Shown here: positions 1 through 9,438 of the stretch, in pieces
Position numbering within the stretch: the stretch's first letter is position 1
How the letters are laid out: each line of letters opens with the position of its first letter
Virus record (IMG/VR): IMGVR_UViG_3300005613_000006
Location: 96,001 to 160,000 of that record
From: a virus
Length of the DNA stretch: 64,000 bases
Strand: one strand, 5' to 3'
Made by a program: the position numbers and the translations under genes
The notes under the pieces: model-generated
The model's input: only the letters and a program-made list of their open reading frames with translations
What the model was told of the DNA's origin: nothing
The model's database searches: none

Positions 1-1414
1 CTCTAGCAGTAAGGATGCGAGTCTTGCCATTCTCGTCCTTGTAGGACCGCACGATGTTTAGTTTATCCAGGTCGAGACCCTTAATACCCCTCAAGTCCCG
101 CGTCTTTATTCTTCCTTCTACATTCAAAAAGTAGGTAGGTCTGCCTACTGCTTGTGCCTTTGCCAATATGTGTAGGGAGGTAACCGTGTTGTGTGTAATT
201 ACATGATTATCAGTTATGTATAGATGGTCTGGATGGTCAACTTGAATACATACTGCCTTTTTTTTGCCCAGATATGTAACCTTTACTATTTTGCGAGTAA
301 TATCACTTTTTTTTCTGCGTTTGCATCGTTTTAATTTTTCAGGATGACGAAATAAAACACTAGTATCATTGATTCTAATGTGGCATCTATAAGACTGAAA
401 TTGTTTTCCGTTACAAGTAGTGTGACGAAGCACAATCTTACATAATCCTCCTATAGATTGTATAAGCTGCTTGAAATCATTGGCCAAGTTTTCTGATGCA
501 GTTGTTAGAGAACAGTGACCTCTCTTACTTATTGTGCCATCTGTATCCATCAATCCCTGTATAAGTGCCACTCTTACATTATATGAATTGTATAGATACG
601 ATTTTGGAATAAACTTCTTATGAGAATTACAGCCCAACAATGCTAATCCGTCTAACTTATCTGCATAAATGTTGCGTTGTCCATTACAACGTAAATCATA
701 ATCTTTTACTGAATTAGCCTGTAGTTTGAGGAAGAATCCTGGCTCCAATTCAGCTTCAAAGTTTTTCAGCACTGCGTTATTGGTATTGGTAAAAGTGATG
801 TTTCTTCTGGTTATTCCGCCATCACCCAATAGTAGTCCTAACAAATATGGAGATATTGGAATGTGTTGCGAGTGATAACATGTATAATCTGGTAACGGTA
901 CTTGCCACTTGGGTCTATCGCTGTAAAACAAATCATCCATGAAATCTGACAGTTGCAGGACTTCATATTCATGTCGTTGTTGTGCCTTAACCTTCCACAA
1001 GTGTTCGTTACATGACCGCACCACATCGCCATTATCAAACTCAATTTCATATATTGGTTTGACTCCCTGTGGAAAAATCCTTGTCACTTGCGCGCTGCTA
1101 CTATCTGGTGTGCATACTACATCACCGGCTTTAATATCCCCAATGCGTTTAGGCCCATTGGGTGTATGGATAATAGAATCTATGTCTTGGCATTTACCAC
1201 ACTTGGGGTCTCCCGCAATCGTTACTACGCTGCCGCCTGGAATACCTCCCCCAAGCACCAAGTCTAGTTTAGGGCTAACGTGTACGAGGTCGTGCTGTGC
1301 ATCTTCCAGTTGTGCCCCGGTGATAAACGCCCCTGCTCCCAACTTCTTGATTAAGTCCTGACTAGTTTGTGGTCTCTTTGGTTTCTCTTTGCTCTCTTGT
1401 TTCTTCTTGGCCAT
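1..1414 (-). CDS. recA: RecA/UvsX-like recombinase with intein (3' end outside window)
   Basis: Manual translation from ATG 1414: MAKKKQ...LDLVLGGGIPGGSVVTIAGDPKCGK|intein|TVTSLHILAKAQAVGRPTYFLNVEGR; RecA-type P-loop. Confidence 0.9.
   Translation of the reverse strand, partial: MAKKKQESKEKPKRPQTSQDLIKKLGAGAFITGAQLEDAQHDLVHVSPKLDLVLGGGIPGGSVVTIAGDPKCGKCQDIDSIIHTPNGPKRIGDIKAGDVVCTPDSSSAQVTRIFPQGVKPIYEIEFDNGDVVRSCNEHLWKVKAQQRHEYEVLQLSDFMDDLFYSDRPKWQVPLPDYTCYHSQHIPISPYLLGLLLGDGGITRRNITFTNTNNAVLKNFEAELEPGFFLKLQANSVKDYDLRCNGQRNIYADKLDGLALLGCNSHKKFIPKSYLYNSYNVRVALIQGLMDTDGTISKRGHCSLTTASENLANDFKQLIQSIGGLCKIVLRHTTCNGKQFQSYRCHIRINDTSVLFRHPEKLKRCKRRKKSDITRKIVKVTYLGKKKAVCIQVDHPDHLYITDNHVITHNTVTSLHILAKAQAVGRPTYFLNVEGRIKTRDLRGIKGLDLDKLNIVRSYKDENGKTRILTAR
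188..1192 (-). mobile_element. Intein (335 aa) with LAGLIDADG endonuclease, inserted in the RecA Walker A motif
   Basis: Starts CQDIDSIIHTPNG, ends HVITHN followed by Thr; LGLLLGDGG and IQGLMDTDG motifs. Confidence 0.93.
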
Positions 1415-1877
1415 GTTCAATCTCTCTCAATTTACCAAATAGTGATTGACCGCGCGGCTTTGAAGGTTTACGCGGTTCTGATGTTGTTGAAACTGTCTCC
1501 ACAGCTTCCGCCAAAGCCTGTTTGTTTAGGGCGTCTATCTCCTTCTTCTTACGTTGTATAACTGGTTCGATGATGAACGTCGCACGGAACGACCGCATAC
1601 GTTTGCAACGCTTGTCCTTGAGTGCCGCGACCACGGCTTCCGCCCCATACTTGTTGATGAGAGCATTGACCGGCTTCGATTGCTGCGAGAAGAATCGAGC
1701 CCACTTCTTGTCGGCCTTCCAAAACTCGGGAGGAAGGGTCTGCTTGTTTTGGTGTGCGATAAGGGCGCAGAGTTGTTCTATGCAGTATTGTGCTGCTGTG
1801 ATATAGCGTGGACTACCATCGTCATTCGTGCCATACTGTGAGGGCCACCTACTTTTTTCAGTTTGATTTTTGCCCAT
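1362..1877 (-). CDS. hypothetical protein
   Basis: 171-aa ORF, operon-like overlap with recA. Confidence 0.7.
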   Translation of the reverse strand: MGKNQTEKSRWPSQYGTNDDGSPRYITAAQYCIEQLCALIAHQNKQTLPPEFWKADKKWARFFSQQSKPVNALINKYGAEAVVAALKDKRCKRMRSFRATFIIEPVIQRKKKEIDALNKQALAEAVETVSTTSEPRKPSKPRGQSLFGKLREIEHGQEETREQRETKETTN

Positions 1878-2006
1878 AGTGTTCTACTACTTTGCAACAC
1901 CAATCTAAGAAATTATCCTGATGTAGGTCTGACTTCATTGCGTTAATGTCTTTATGTACCCATTGTACATTGCCAGAAACATATCCTTGTGTGTTGTCTA
2001 TTCTAG
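1860..2006 (-). pseudogene. C-terminal fragment of an HNH-type endonuclease
   Basis: Reads SRIDNTQGYVSGNVQWVHKDINAMKSDL...*, no start codon. Confidence 0.65.
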
Positions 2007-2260
2007 AATGGAAAATAGCTGTGTCCAACCGTAAGATAACTGGTAATTTGTCGGGGATATATCAAGGGCTCGCCCTTGCCGGTCAACAGCATCGTGCTGA
2101 CCCCACCATCCCTAGCAAACCGACAACCAATCTCAAAGTTGCGCCAGTTTATCTCTGGCGAAGCGGGCGCGTTCTGCGCCGTCATTTTGGATACACAAAA
2201 AGGGCAGGCTGCATCACAAGCAGCCGTGCCCACAACAACGCTGAACGTCCCAATTTTCAT
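2003..2260 (-). pseudogene. truncated radical SAM protein (N-terminus only)
   Basis: CDAACPFC (CxxxCxxC) and LTGKGEP, stops after about 85 aa. Confidence 0.7.
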
Positions 2261-2469
2261 GGTGTTACGCACTCCGTAACTAGATTCAACCGATTGATTG
2301 CTCCACAGGCTGGACAAACAATAGTAGGATGGTCTACCACTGGAATTCTTTTCTTGAACACATGCGGGCAGTTGCCACACCAGATAGTTAGTTTGGGGCC
2401 ACAGAACATATTTAGGGTCCAACTCATGCTCATGCCCTCAAAACGTCGTGGCTCAACTACTGTTGGCAT
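2257..2469 (-). CDS. small Zn-ribbon protein
   Basis: CGNC...CPAC. Confidence 0.6.
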   Translation of the reverse strand: MPTVVEPRRFEGMSMSWTLNMFCGPKLTIWCGNCPHVFKKRIPVVDHPTIVCPACGAINRLNLVTECVTP

Positions 2470-2768
2470 TAGTCTTCCTCTTCTACAACTGCGATAATCG
2501 CGGTAAACATGACAAGGTGTACGTCCTCGCCATCAATGTGCAACTTCGTTGTTGAGTAGGGCTGGAAGATAACCACGTCGCCTTTCTTGACTGGAATTAC
2601 GTAGTGTTCGGGATGAGGGTGGCCGTGTTTCAGCCCAGGCCCCACTTCCAAAACTCTTCCCTTCTTCAACTTATCCGCCACCTTATCCGGCAGATAGATT
2701 CCACCCTTGCTCTTTACCTCTTTGATGGGCTCGATTACGACCCACTCTCCTATTGGATTCAGTTTTAT
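2469..2768 (-). CDS. groES: co-chaperonin GroES-like (probable ATA start)
   Basis: KLNPIGEWVVIEP...SKGGIYLP...GRVLEVGPG...VKKGDVVIF; frame extends upstream to ATA at 2768. Confidence 0.85.
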   Translation of the reverse strand: MKLNPIGEWVVIEPIKEVKSKGGIYLPDKVADKLKKGRVLEVGPGLKHGHPHPEHYVIPVKKGDVVIFQPYSTTKLHIDGEDVHLVMFTAIIAVVEEED

Positions 2769-3442
2769 TACTCTATCTCTCCTATGTTATCAAAAACAAC
2801 TGGAATGAGAAGCCGCATTTCCTTGAGCAGCGGTTTCATTACCTCTCGAATCTGCGGGTGGGCGGCGTGTGCTGTGCGTAGGTTGAATACGTGCCGCCAC
2901 TCCCGCAAGTTGTATGTCGCCACGATTTCAGTCTTGAGACTGTTGGGTAAGACGCTACGAGCCTCTTGTGCTGCCCACTTGAAATGTTTGCGAAGGGTAT
3001 GATACCAATGCTCAGCATCTAGCATTGCGATTATCCAAGCTGCGCCTGGGGTATTGGCATCGGCGTGAACACCCCCGCCCTCATAGGTTCCTGGGGCTAT
3101 ATCCAGCCACAGCGGCTTGATGAACTTGATATGCTCACCACCGTAGTCACAATAGCGGGTAGACTCCTGTGAGTACGCTGCCAACCTGTGTCGCACAAGT
3201 TCGTGACTTATGCCTCGGTCAATAACAAAGCGAACGCTCACACTCTCATGCTCAAGAACACTATGGTGTCCTCGCGCAATAATCTTCCGCACAAATTCAC
3301 GGGCGGAATCGTTGGTGATTGCTGCCTCACTCTTGTAACAGGTACGACCGGCTGCTTCAATGCGTTTGAGCATGTCCACGCCGGTCATTCCCTGCTTATG
3401 CAACGGAGTCAGAATCTCACAGCTAGGTAGTACGACTTCCAT
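2768..3442 (-). CDS. thyX: FAD-dependent thymidylate synthase
   Basis: HHSVLEH and RHRLAAYSQESTRY motifs. Confidence 0.96.
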   Translation of the reverse strand: MEVVLPSCEILTPLHKQGMTGVDMLKRIEAAGRTCYKSEAAITNDSAREFVRKIIARGHHSVLEHESVSVRFVIDRGISHELVRHRLAAYSQESTRYCDYGGEHIKFIKPLWLDIAPGTYEGGGVHADANTPGAAWIIAMLDAEHWYHTLRKHFKWAAQEARSVLPNSLKTEIVATYNLREWRHVFNLRTAHAAHPQIREVMKPLLKEMRLLIPVVFDNIGEIE

Positions 3443-3638
3443 GCTTTGCCTTCCACTTCTTATCTAGGGCTGCTAGTTTAGCGTCAAGGTCTGCCTTAGC
3501 CCGTTTCTTTTCGTTCCATTGGTGCCCACAAGTTAGACAATAGTAGTCGTTAAGGCGTCGAATGTCACCCCGACGATGGGTGCGCCTTTTATTACAGCGA
3601 GGACACCTGGGATGAAATCTAGGAGTAGGTGGCATCAT
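3423..3638 (-). CDS. small Zn-ribbon protein
   Basis: CPRC...CLTCGHQW; TAATG coupling to upstream gene. Confidence 0.55.
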   Translation of the reverse strand: MMPPTPRFHPRCPRCNKRRTHRRGDIRRLNDYYCLTCGHQWNEKKRAKADLDAKLAALDKKWKAKHGSRTT

Positions 3639-5533
3639 TAGTAGATTCCCTTCGGCTTCGCCGTTTCCTTCGCATTGTCCCACAGCATTCTCGGGCCAAT
3701 CACGAAGTCGTTAACACGTTCCTTCTCCCACTGGAAGAGACTACGAATATCGTCGGTTTCATCGTCATAAAGTAGGAACCAGGGCTGGGCTACCGCAGCA
3801 TCGCCATCGCGGGCAGCGACCGCCAGTGAACCAGCGGGACCAAACGACAATATGCCTTGGTTGTACAGGCTTTTGCCGGGTGGCAGTCGTAGTTTACGCT
3901 GCAACTCTTCACCCTCCAACACGTAGATTTGGTTGGGTGTCTGGGTTGCTGCCCACTTCAAGCTGGCTGGGTCTGCGGCCACGCCGCCCACACCAGGAAG
4001 GACACGGCTTTCGCCACGAAAGATGCCGGTGTCGTCGCCCCAGACTCCATGCTTGTCACTGGTTACAGCAACCGACATGTTCTGGGCCGTCCACTTCTGT
4101 CCTTCAAACCGTTCGTAAACCTTTGGCTTGATTCCGCCTATGGATGTAGCGACGATAACATCACCGATATTATCAGCCACCAATATGCTGTCACTGCCAC
4201 CGCCAATACCAACGTCAACCGGATGTACCAGCGTAGTTTGCTTTTCCAAGAGGACATTTTGTTTACCTGCCTCGTTTATGCGGATTATTTTCCCGCCGTT
4301 ACGGGGCAAGGCAACTACGAGTCCGTTGTCACGGTGCAACGCAATGCCGGTGGGCGCACTTGATACGCTAATCCACCCCAAAATCCTACCATGTTCATTC
4401 ACTTGGTAGACCTTGCCGGTCTCACCACTATCGCTGTCGCCAGTCGCAACGTACAAGACAAACGCTGGCGTTTGCTCTTTGTTGCCGGGTGGCTGTGCGC
4501 CAAGCTGGGGCTGCGTACCAGGGCCAGGAGTAGGTCCAATGCCTAAACCGTTGGGGCCAGGGCCGGTAGCTGGAGTTCCAGGGCCACCAGGACCGGGACC
4601 GCCTGGACCTGGGGCAGCGCCTTTCGCGGCGGGACCATCGACTGGTGCGCCGGGAGTATTACCTTCGCCAGGGGGAGGACCAGGGCCAGCACCAGGACCG
4701 AGACCTAGCACATCGCCAGGAGGGCCTTCTTCTGGAGCCGTTGGCCCTGATTCCTCGCCCTTGCCAGGACCGGGGGCAGACCCGATTGCCTTACCCCCGG
4801 CCTCGGCCTTCTCACCATCACCGCACTCACACCCTTCACCGACAGAGGCATCAGGACCGGGACTTGAAGAACCTTCAATGACGATATGTCTGCCCGGCCC
4901 CAATACCTTTGTTCCATCTGGACGTGTCACAGTTGTGGGTGTCCCATTACGAAGGACGATTGTATGGTTGTCTTTTTGAATGACAGTCGTAGTACCATCG
5001 CGTAGAATGATTCCACTGCCATCGGTTCCTCTGGGTATGATAGTGGTGTCTTCTTGTTCACTATATGTGTGAATCAATCGCTTTGGAATGACAGTTACAT
5101 CATTCGGCTTGACATACCTGTTCCACTTAACTGAATTTGGTTCATTCAGTATGTATCGCTTCGTTTTCATGTCTAGGCTTAACGGATAGACATATTGTGA
5201 ATACCCATCTTCCCAGATAGCCCCAGACACAGGCTTGAAGAGTGGTCTACGATGCCCGTCACCATCTAAGTAGAGGCCAGCGAAACGCTGACGCACGATG
5301 GCATCCCAATCGCCCTCAAAGATGAGCATATCGCCCTTGTATCCGTACAGACTACCAACTTTTTCACCCCTCACATTGGTGATTTTGAAGTTGTAGGCTT
5401 TCTGGGGGGTCTTGGTGACGTGAATTGTAAGTTGCTTACCCATTTGGGTGACGCGGGCCACGTCCCAATCCGCCGCCAACGCGGCAGATACCAACAAAAG
5501 GACCGCGATTGCGGCCAAAAGTGCCTTTTTCAT
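3638..5533 (-). CDS. secreted protein with Gly/Pro-rich linker and probable C-terminal beta-propeller
   Basis: Signal peptide MKKALLAAIAVLLLVSAALA; PGP repeats; NHL-like PTGIAL and PVDVGI. Confidence 0.7.
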   Translation of the reverse strand: MKKALLAAIAVLLLVSAALAADWDVARVTQMGKQLTIHVTKTPQKAYNFKITNVRGEKVGSLYGYKGDMLIFEGDWDAIVRQRFAGLYLDGDGHRRPLFKPVSGAIWEDGYSQYVYPLSLDMKTKRYILNEPNSVKWNRYVKPNDVTVIPKRLIHTYSEQEDTTIIPRGTDGSGIILRDGTTTVIQKDNHTIVLRNGTPTTVTRPDGTKVLGPGRHIVIEGSSSPGPDASVGEGCECGDGEKAEAGGKAIGSAPGPGKGEESGPTAPEEGPPGDVLGLGPGAGPGPPPGEGNTPGAPVDGPAAKGAAPGPGGPGPGGPGTPATGPGPNGLGIGPTPGPGTQPQLGAQPPGNKEQTPAFVLYVATGDSDSGETGKVYQVNEHGRILGWISVSSAPTGIALHRDNGLVVALPRNGGKIIRINEAGKQNVLLEKQTTLVHPVDVGIGGGSDSILVADNIGDVIVATSIGGIKPKVYERFEGQKWTAQNMSVAVTSDKHGVWGDDTGIFRGESRVLPGVGGVAADPASLKWAATQTPNQIYVLEGEELQRKLRLPPGKSLYNQGILSFGPAGSLAVAARDGDAAVAQPWFLLYDDETDDIRSLFQWEKERVNDFVIGPRMLWDNAKETAKPKGIY

Positions 5534-5570
5534 GGTATTTCCTCGGCTAGGTATGTGTAAACGCTACTGT

Positions 5571-5598
5571 AATATAGCGTGTCGGCGGGGTTTGTCAA
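5571..5598 (-). promoter_or_regulatory. sigma70-like promoter TTGACA-N16-TATATT
   Basis: Direct sequence match upstream of 5533. Confidence 0.65.
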
Positions 5599-6053
5599 GG
5601 TTGAATCGGGGGATTTTGAAAGAACCAAGGAGGTTCGGCTTCGTCCACCGGAATGATGGCATCCCGCTCCATAAGTAGCTCAGGAGTTTTGTACCATCGC
5701 TTGAGTATTGAATCCCCTATTTGAACTCCAGCCACTAAGTAGTGTTTGTTCTTAGAGCCCACTGCACAGTCACGCCGAATTCCCCGCGCGAAGTAGTAGC
5801 CTGGGGCATCGGGCGGCAAGGGCACAATATGCGACCTAAACCGCAGTTCCATTCCTACTATTCCTAAACCACTCTCCCCAAGATAATGACCGAGGCGTAT
5901 CCAAGCGCTAGGCTCGTCCACGCCCGGTCTTTCATCGTCCTGGTATACCTTTGTGCCGTCCGACAAAGTGGCTATCCAGATGGCCTTTTCCTCTAAGAAG
6001 TCATCTGGTTTTGTACATAGGTTATTGGACGGGTTTATCTGGGTCCATGACAT
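5595..6053 (-). CDS. hypothetical phage protein
   Basis: ORF in operon. Confidence 0.65.
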   Translation of the reverse strand: MSWTQINPSNNLCTKPDDFLEEKAIWIATLSDGTKVYQDDERPGVDEPSAWIRLGHYLGESGLGIVGMELRFRSHIVPLPPDAPGYYFARGIRRDCAVGSKNKHYLVAGVQIGDSILKRWYKTPELLMERDAIIPVDEAEPPWFFQNPPIQP

Positions 6054-6402
6054 GGAGTCGGTCCTTGTTGCCTTTGATGTAGTTGGTGCGAGACATGCGC
6101 TTCTCACGATTGGCGTCAGCCATTTCGCTTGCGCCCGGCGTCATCATCACGGCTCGCTTCTTGTCGTCGCGAGCAAACATCTTGCCGGTTCTATCTCTCT
6201 TGACCTTCTGCAACTTCTCTTTCCGGTCCTCGATGCTATCATCGGGGTCTGGAAGTGGCGGCAGTTCCTCAATGAACGCCTGGACTGTTTTCTCGCCAAC
6301 ACCCTTGGCGTTCATTTCCTTGGCGATTTCTTCCGCCGACATGGTGAGATAGTGATTCTCGATGAAAAACTTCTCTGGTTCGCTAAGTTCTCTCTTAGAC
6401 AT
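6022..6402 (-). CDS. hypothetical protein, possible HTH
   Basis: ORF; MSAEEIAKEMN. Confidence 0.65.
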   Translation of the reverse strand: MSKRELSEPEKFFIENHYLTMSAEEIAKEMNAKGVGEKTVQAFIEELPPLPDPDDSIEDRKEKLQKVKRDRTGKMFARDDKKRAVMMTPGASEMADANREKRMSRTNYIKGNKDRLHVMDPDKPVQ

Positions 6403-6928
6403 TTCTTACCTCTCTTTCCGCGTTAAGCAGATATGCCTTGTTTCTTGAACGCAGGAAGTTCAAGTAGTATTTGAAGCACAACTCGGTCACTCTACGATAT
6501 TTCCAGGCAGACTGTCCTGCATGTCTAGCATACTTGTGGTTTTGGCCTTCTGTGTATATGCCCCACGGGTCATAGAGTTCGCCCTTGGTACTCATCTTGA
6601 TGTAGTAGGCGACCACTCTTTCTCGGGGCTTTGGCTTGATTCTGACCTCTCGGCTGCGAGGAGGCTGTTGCTCATGGATGATGCGCTTCATAGCAATACA
6701 GTCGGGGTTGTCTACCAACTGTTTGATTTTAGGATTGCTGTCCTTGATTTTTACGGGAACAGTGATATTGGCCATGTTTCCCTGTTCATTACGTAGGCCA
6801 CCAGCCGCGTAACCGATTTCTTCGGTGTCGGACTCTGGCACAACAAATCCAGGCGCTTGTGGGGCATCGCCATCTTTGGGGCGGTGAATAGCGTTGAGCG
6901 CTTCTTCTCTCTTACTCATAAGGTTCAT
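6395..6928 (-). CDS. hypothetical phage protein
   Basis: ORF in operon. Confidence 0.65.
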   Translation of the reverse strand: MNLMSKREEALNAIHRPKDGDAPQAPGFVVPESDTEEIGYAAGGLRNEQGNMANITVPVKIKDSNPKIKQLVDNPDCIAMKRIIHEQQPPRSREVRIKPKPRERVVAYYIKMSTKGELYDPWGIYTEGQNHKYARHAGQSAWKYRRVTELCFKYYLNFLRSRNKAYLLNAEREVRNV

Positions 6929-7295
6929 CTCCCTTGACTGTTTTCAGTAGTATCTTTTGCACAAGCGTACCATCTTCCAGAGTCTCCATTTCTAACTCTT
7001 GGTTGACGATGGATGTGCAGTCGGTTTGCCCTAGATGGAACTTGCCCTGTAACTCGGTGATGTAAGACTTGTCTCCGCAGTGGGGACACTCGGCCACAAC
7101 CTCAGATTTGATTTTCATTTCTGGGCGTGTAATCCAGAGTTCAGCTAGCGGGGCGTTGCAGTTGGAGCAATACACGAAAACATCACCGCCGTCATACACA
7201 TAGATAGACTCGGCATCTACTTGGTCGGCTAGTCGCTGCTGGTCGGTGTCTCGGTGGACGATGATTCGTCGCTTTTTTGGTCTTCCTGTGTCCAT
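6912..7295 (-). CDS. Zn-finger protein
   Basis: CSNC...CPHC. Confidence 0.65.
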   Translation of the reverse strand: MDTGRPKKRRIIVHRDTDQQRLADQVDAESIYVYDGGDVFVYCSNCNAPLAELWITRPEMKIKSEVVAECPHCGDKSYITELQGKFHLGQTDCTSIVNQELEMETLEDGTLVQKILLKTVKGDEPYE

Positions 7296-7486
7296 GCTTT
7301 TTCAATCGCTTTCAGCCTCTTCTTCAAGTCGGCAATGCACTCTTCTTCTGTCTCTCCCACAACCTTCAAAATGAACCTATCGTGATGCACGGCTCTTGGA
7401 TGCCATGTTCCATCTGGGTTCTGTTTGTTCACGACAGCGTTGAGAACCACGACAGCTTGGTGTGGTATTTGTCCTTCGCTAGCCAT
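7229..7486 (-). CDS. hypothetical protein
   Basis: ORF from MASEGQ. Confidence 0.55.
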   Translation of the reverse strand: MASEGQIPHQAVVVLNAVVNKQNPDGTWHPRAVHHDRFILKVVGETEEECIADLKKRLKAIEKAWTQEDQKSDESSSTETPTSSD

Positions 7487-7886
7487 CTTTGTCTCCTGTT
7501 TCCATGTAGTTCTTCTGTTGCTCTTGGTCCATCTGGGCAACCTTTTCGGTGGGTTCGGTCTGTCCTGGCCATTCCTTCTTTTCCGGCTTCTCCCTCTCAT
7601 CACGCCTCATGCCGCCTGGGAGTTCGTGTTTGACCTGTTTGGCGGTCCTTTGTTGCCGTGCAAGTTCCTGCATTTCATCCTTCGACATGCGGGATGCGTT
7701 CTTGTCTGCCAACGCCCCTAAAGTGGTCGTCCCACCACTGACTTGAATCAGCATAGGAGCCCCAATCACGCGATGCCATGTTTCACTGCCACATTCAGGG
7801 CATTTCTCGGTCGGCTCAGCGTGAATCGACTGAAATTCTTCCTCTTCGTGCTTACAATCGTCACAACTATACTGATAAATAGGCAT
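7479..7886 (-). CDS. FmdB-family Zn-ribbon protein
   Basis: MPIYQYSCDDC...CPECGS. Confidence 0.85.
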   Translation of the reverse strand: MPIYQYSCDDCKHEEEEFQSIHAEPTEKCPECGSETWHRVIGAPMLIQVSGGTTTLGALADKNASRMSKDEMQELARQQRTAKQVKHELPGGMRRDEREKPEKKEWPGQTEPTEKVAQMDQEQQKNYMETGDKDG

Positions 7887-8604
7887 TCACCATCTCCTTT
7901 TTTCTATCAAGGAACACATGTGAACCTTGATACATATACTGCAAACATTTTCTGACCTGAATATTTCCATGTATACACAATACATAGGCATTAGATGGCT
8001 TTTGTAATTTTACAGATGTTCCAAGGGCGTTTTGTATGGTATCTAACACCATATATGTACCAACAAATTGCAATTTGGCATTTTTGGTTTTAGGGTTGAG
8101 ATAGAATGAACCATCGCCATCAAAATAACCCCTAATAACATGCCGTATTAAATCTAGCGACACATTGGGAAATGTCAACACAAGACTTTTGCGTGGAACA
8201 CATCCCAATTTAATCAAATCATCACACATCTTAGTAGAATAGTGAGTGCTAGATACTGTATTGTGAATATGAGATAAATTGATTTTTACTATCGAATCTA
8301 TTGCGGAATGCCATTTGACTATATGGTTATAATCTTTTTTGTGTAATCGAATTTGTACCTTTGGACTTTGGCTAATAGACACACAACCATCGGCCATAAT
8401 AAACCCTAACCAGTATGCTTTGAATTCGCTGTCTATATCTGCAAAGAAATCGTGATTGAATTTCAACCTTTGTGATTGGATGCCGTGATTTTTTAACTTA
8501 CGATGTATAGTATTTCTACTAACGCAAAATTTGGATGCAATACTGGTGATAGTATACCCTTGTTGTATCAATGTGACCACTTTTTGTATATCAATATCAA
8601 TCAT
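7867..8604 (-). CDS. free-standing LAGLIDADG homing endonuclease with N-terminal HTH
   Basis: YWLGFIMADG and IRGYFDGDG; AT-rich. Confidence 0.9.
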   Translation of the reverse strand: MIDIDIQKVVTLIQQGYTITSIASKFCVSRNTIHRKLKNHGIQSQRLKFNHDFFADIDSEFKAYWLGFIMADGCVSISQSPKVQIRLHKKDYNHIVKWHSAIDSIVKINLSHIHNTVSSTHYSTKMCDDLIKLGCVPRKSLVLTFPNVSLDLIRHVIRGYFDGDGSFYLNPKTKNAKLQFVGTYMVLDTIQNALGTSVKLQKPSNAYVLCIHGNIQVRKCLQYMYQGSHVFLDRKKEMVNAYLSV

Positions 8605-8736
8605 AATAATACTCCTACGCACAATTTGGCTATTATATTATACACCAAAATGTGCATAGATAACTATTTATAATTGCGCCTTTTACCCATAAAAAACTGG
8701 TCCGTACACTATTATACAGACCAGTTTGCGTGAAAA

Positions 8737-9423
8737 TCAAGTCAATTTTCGGTCACTTATGATATAAGCGACGTAGGTTTCCCATTCGGGTGGAATCTCC
8801 ATCTGATTCAAACCCAATACGATTTCCTGGTACGACGGCTGCTTGGGCCGCTTGTAGAACACCGTTCGTCCATTCACTTCCTTGCGAAGTTGCATATCCG
8901 CCTGTTCGGGGGTTCGGTTATCCTTCACACGGTTGCATTTGACGCAAGCACAAACGATGTTTTTCCAGTTGGTCGGGGTGTCTTGACCCTGCCCCTGCCA
9001 CATTGAACGAGGTACAACGTGGTCGATGGTCAAATTAGCGCGAGTGGGCTTCTTGCCACAGTATTGACAAGTATGGTTGTCTCTACGGTAGACGTTGACC
9101 TTGCTGAACATAATCTTACGGAAGGCCCGAGAAACGTGGTTGCGGTTGGCAATCACAGCAGGAATGGGCCATTCGTTGCCACGACCGTCACGGGCCGAGA
9201 AGTCGTAGTATTCAACCACTTCGGCTGGTCGCAAGTAGCCTTGGCCGTTGCAGTACGCACAGTTTGATATGTGGGCAGCAACACGAATAATCCCAGTACC
9301 TTCGCAGTGTTCACATTTCGTGTTATAAAGAGTCTTCTTAAAACCCTTCTTCCACGATACCGTGTTCAAAGGTATTCGGTCATCGTTCAAAACCAGTGTT
9401 TTGGTTCCTATTGGTACTGGCAT
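8737..9423 (-). CDS. HNH endonuclease with DnaJ-like Zn-finger insert
   Basis: RDNHTCQYCG, TIDHVVPRS, CVKCN; CEHCEGTG/CAYCNGQG. Confidence 0.88.
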   Translation of the reverse strand: MPVPIGTKTLVLNDDRIPLNTVSWKKGFKKTLYNTKCEHCEGTGIIRVAAHISNCAYCNGQGYLRPAEVVEYYDFSARDGRGNEWPIPAVIANRNHVSRAFRKIMFSKVNVYRRDNHTCQYCGKKPTRANLTIDHVVPRSMWQGQGQDTPTNWKNIVCACVKCNRVKDNRTPEQADMQLRKEVNGRTVFYKRPKQPSYQEIVLGLNQMEIPPEWETYVAYIISDRKLT

Positions 9424-9438
9424 GTAACTGTCCTTTCA

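Noticed and set aside
4413-4979. Plus-strand Gly/Pro-rich ORFs (also 52885-53325) and other antisense ORFs
   Set aside because: These are shadow frames of low-complexity or long minus-strand genes.
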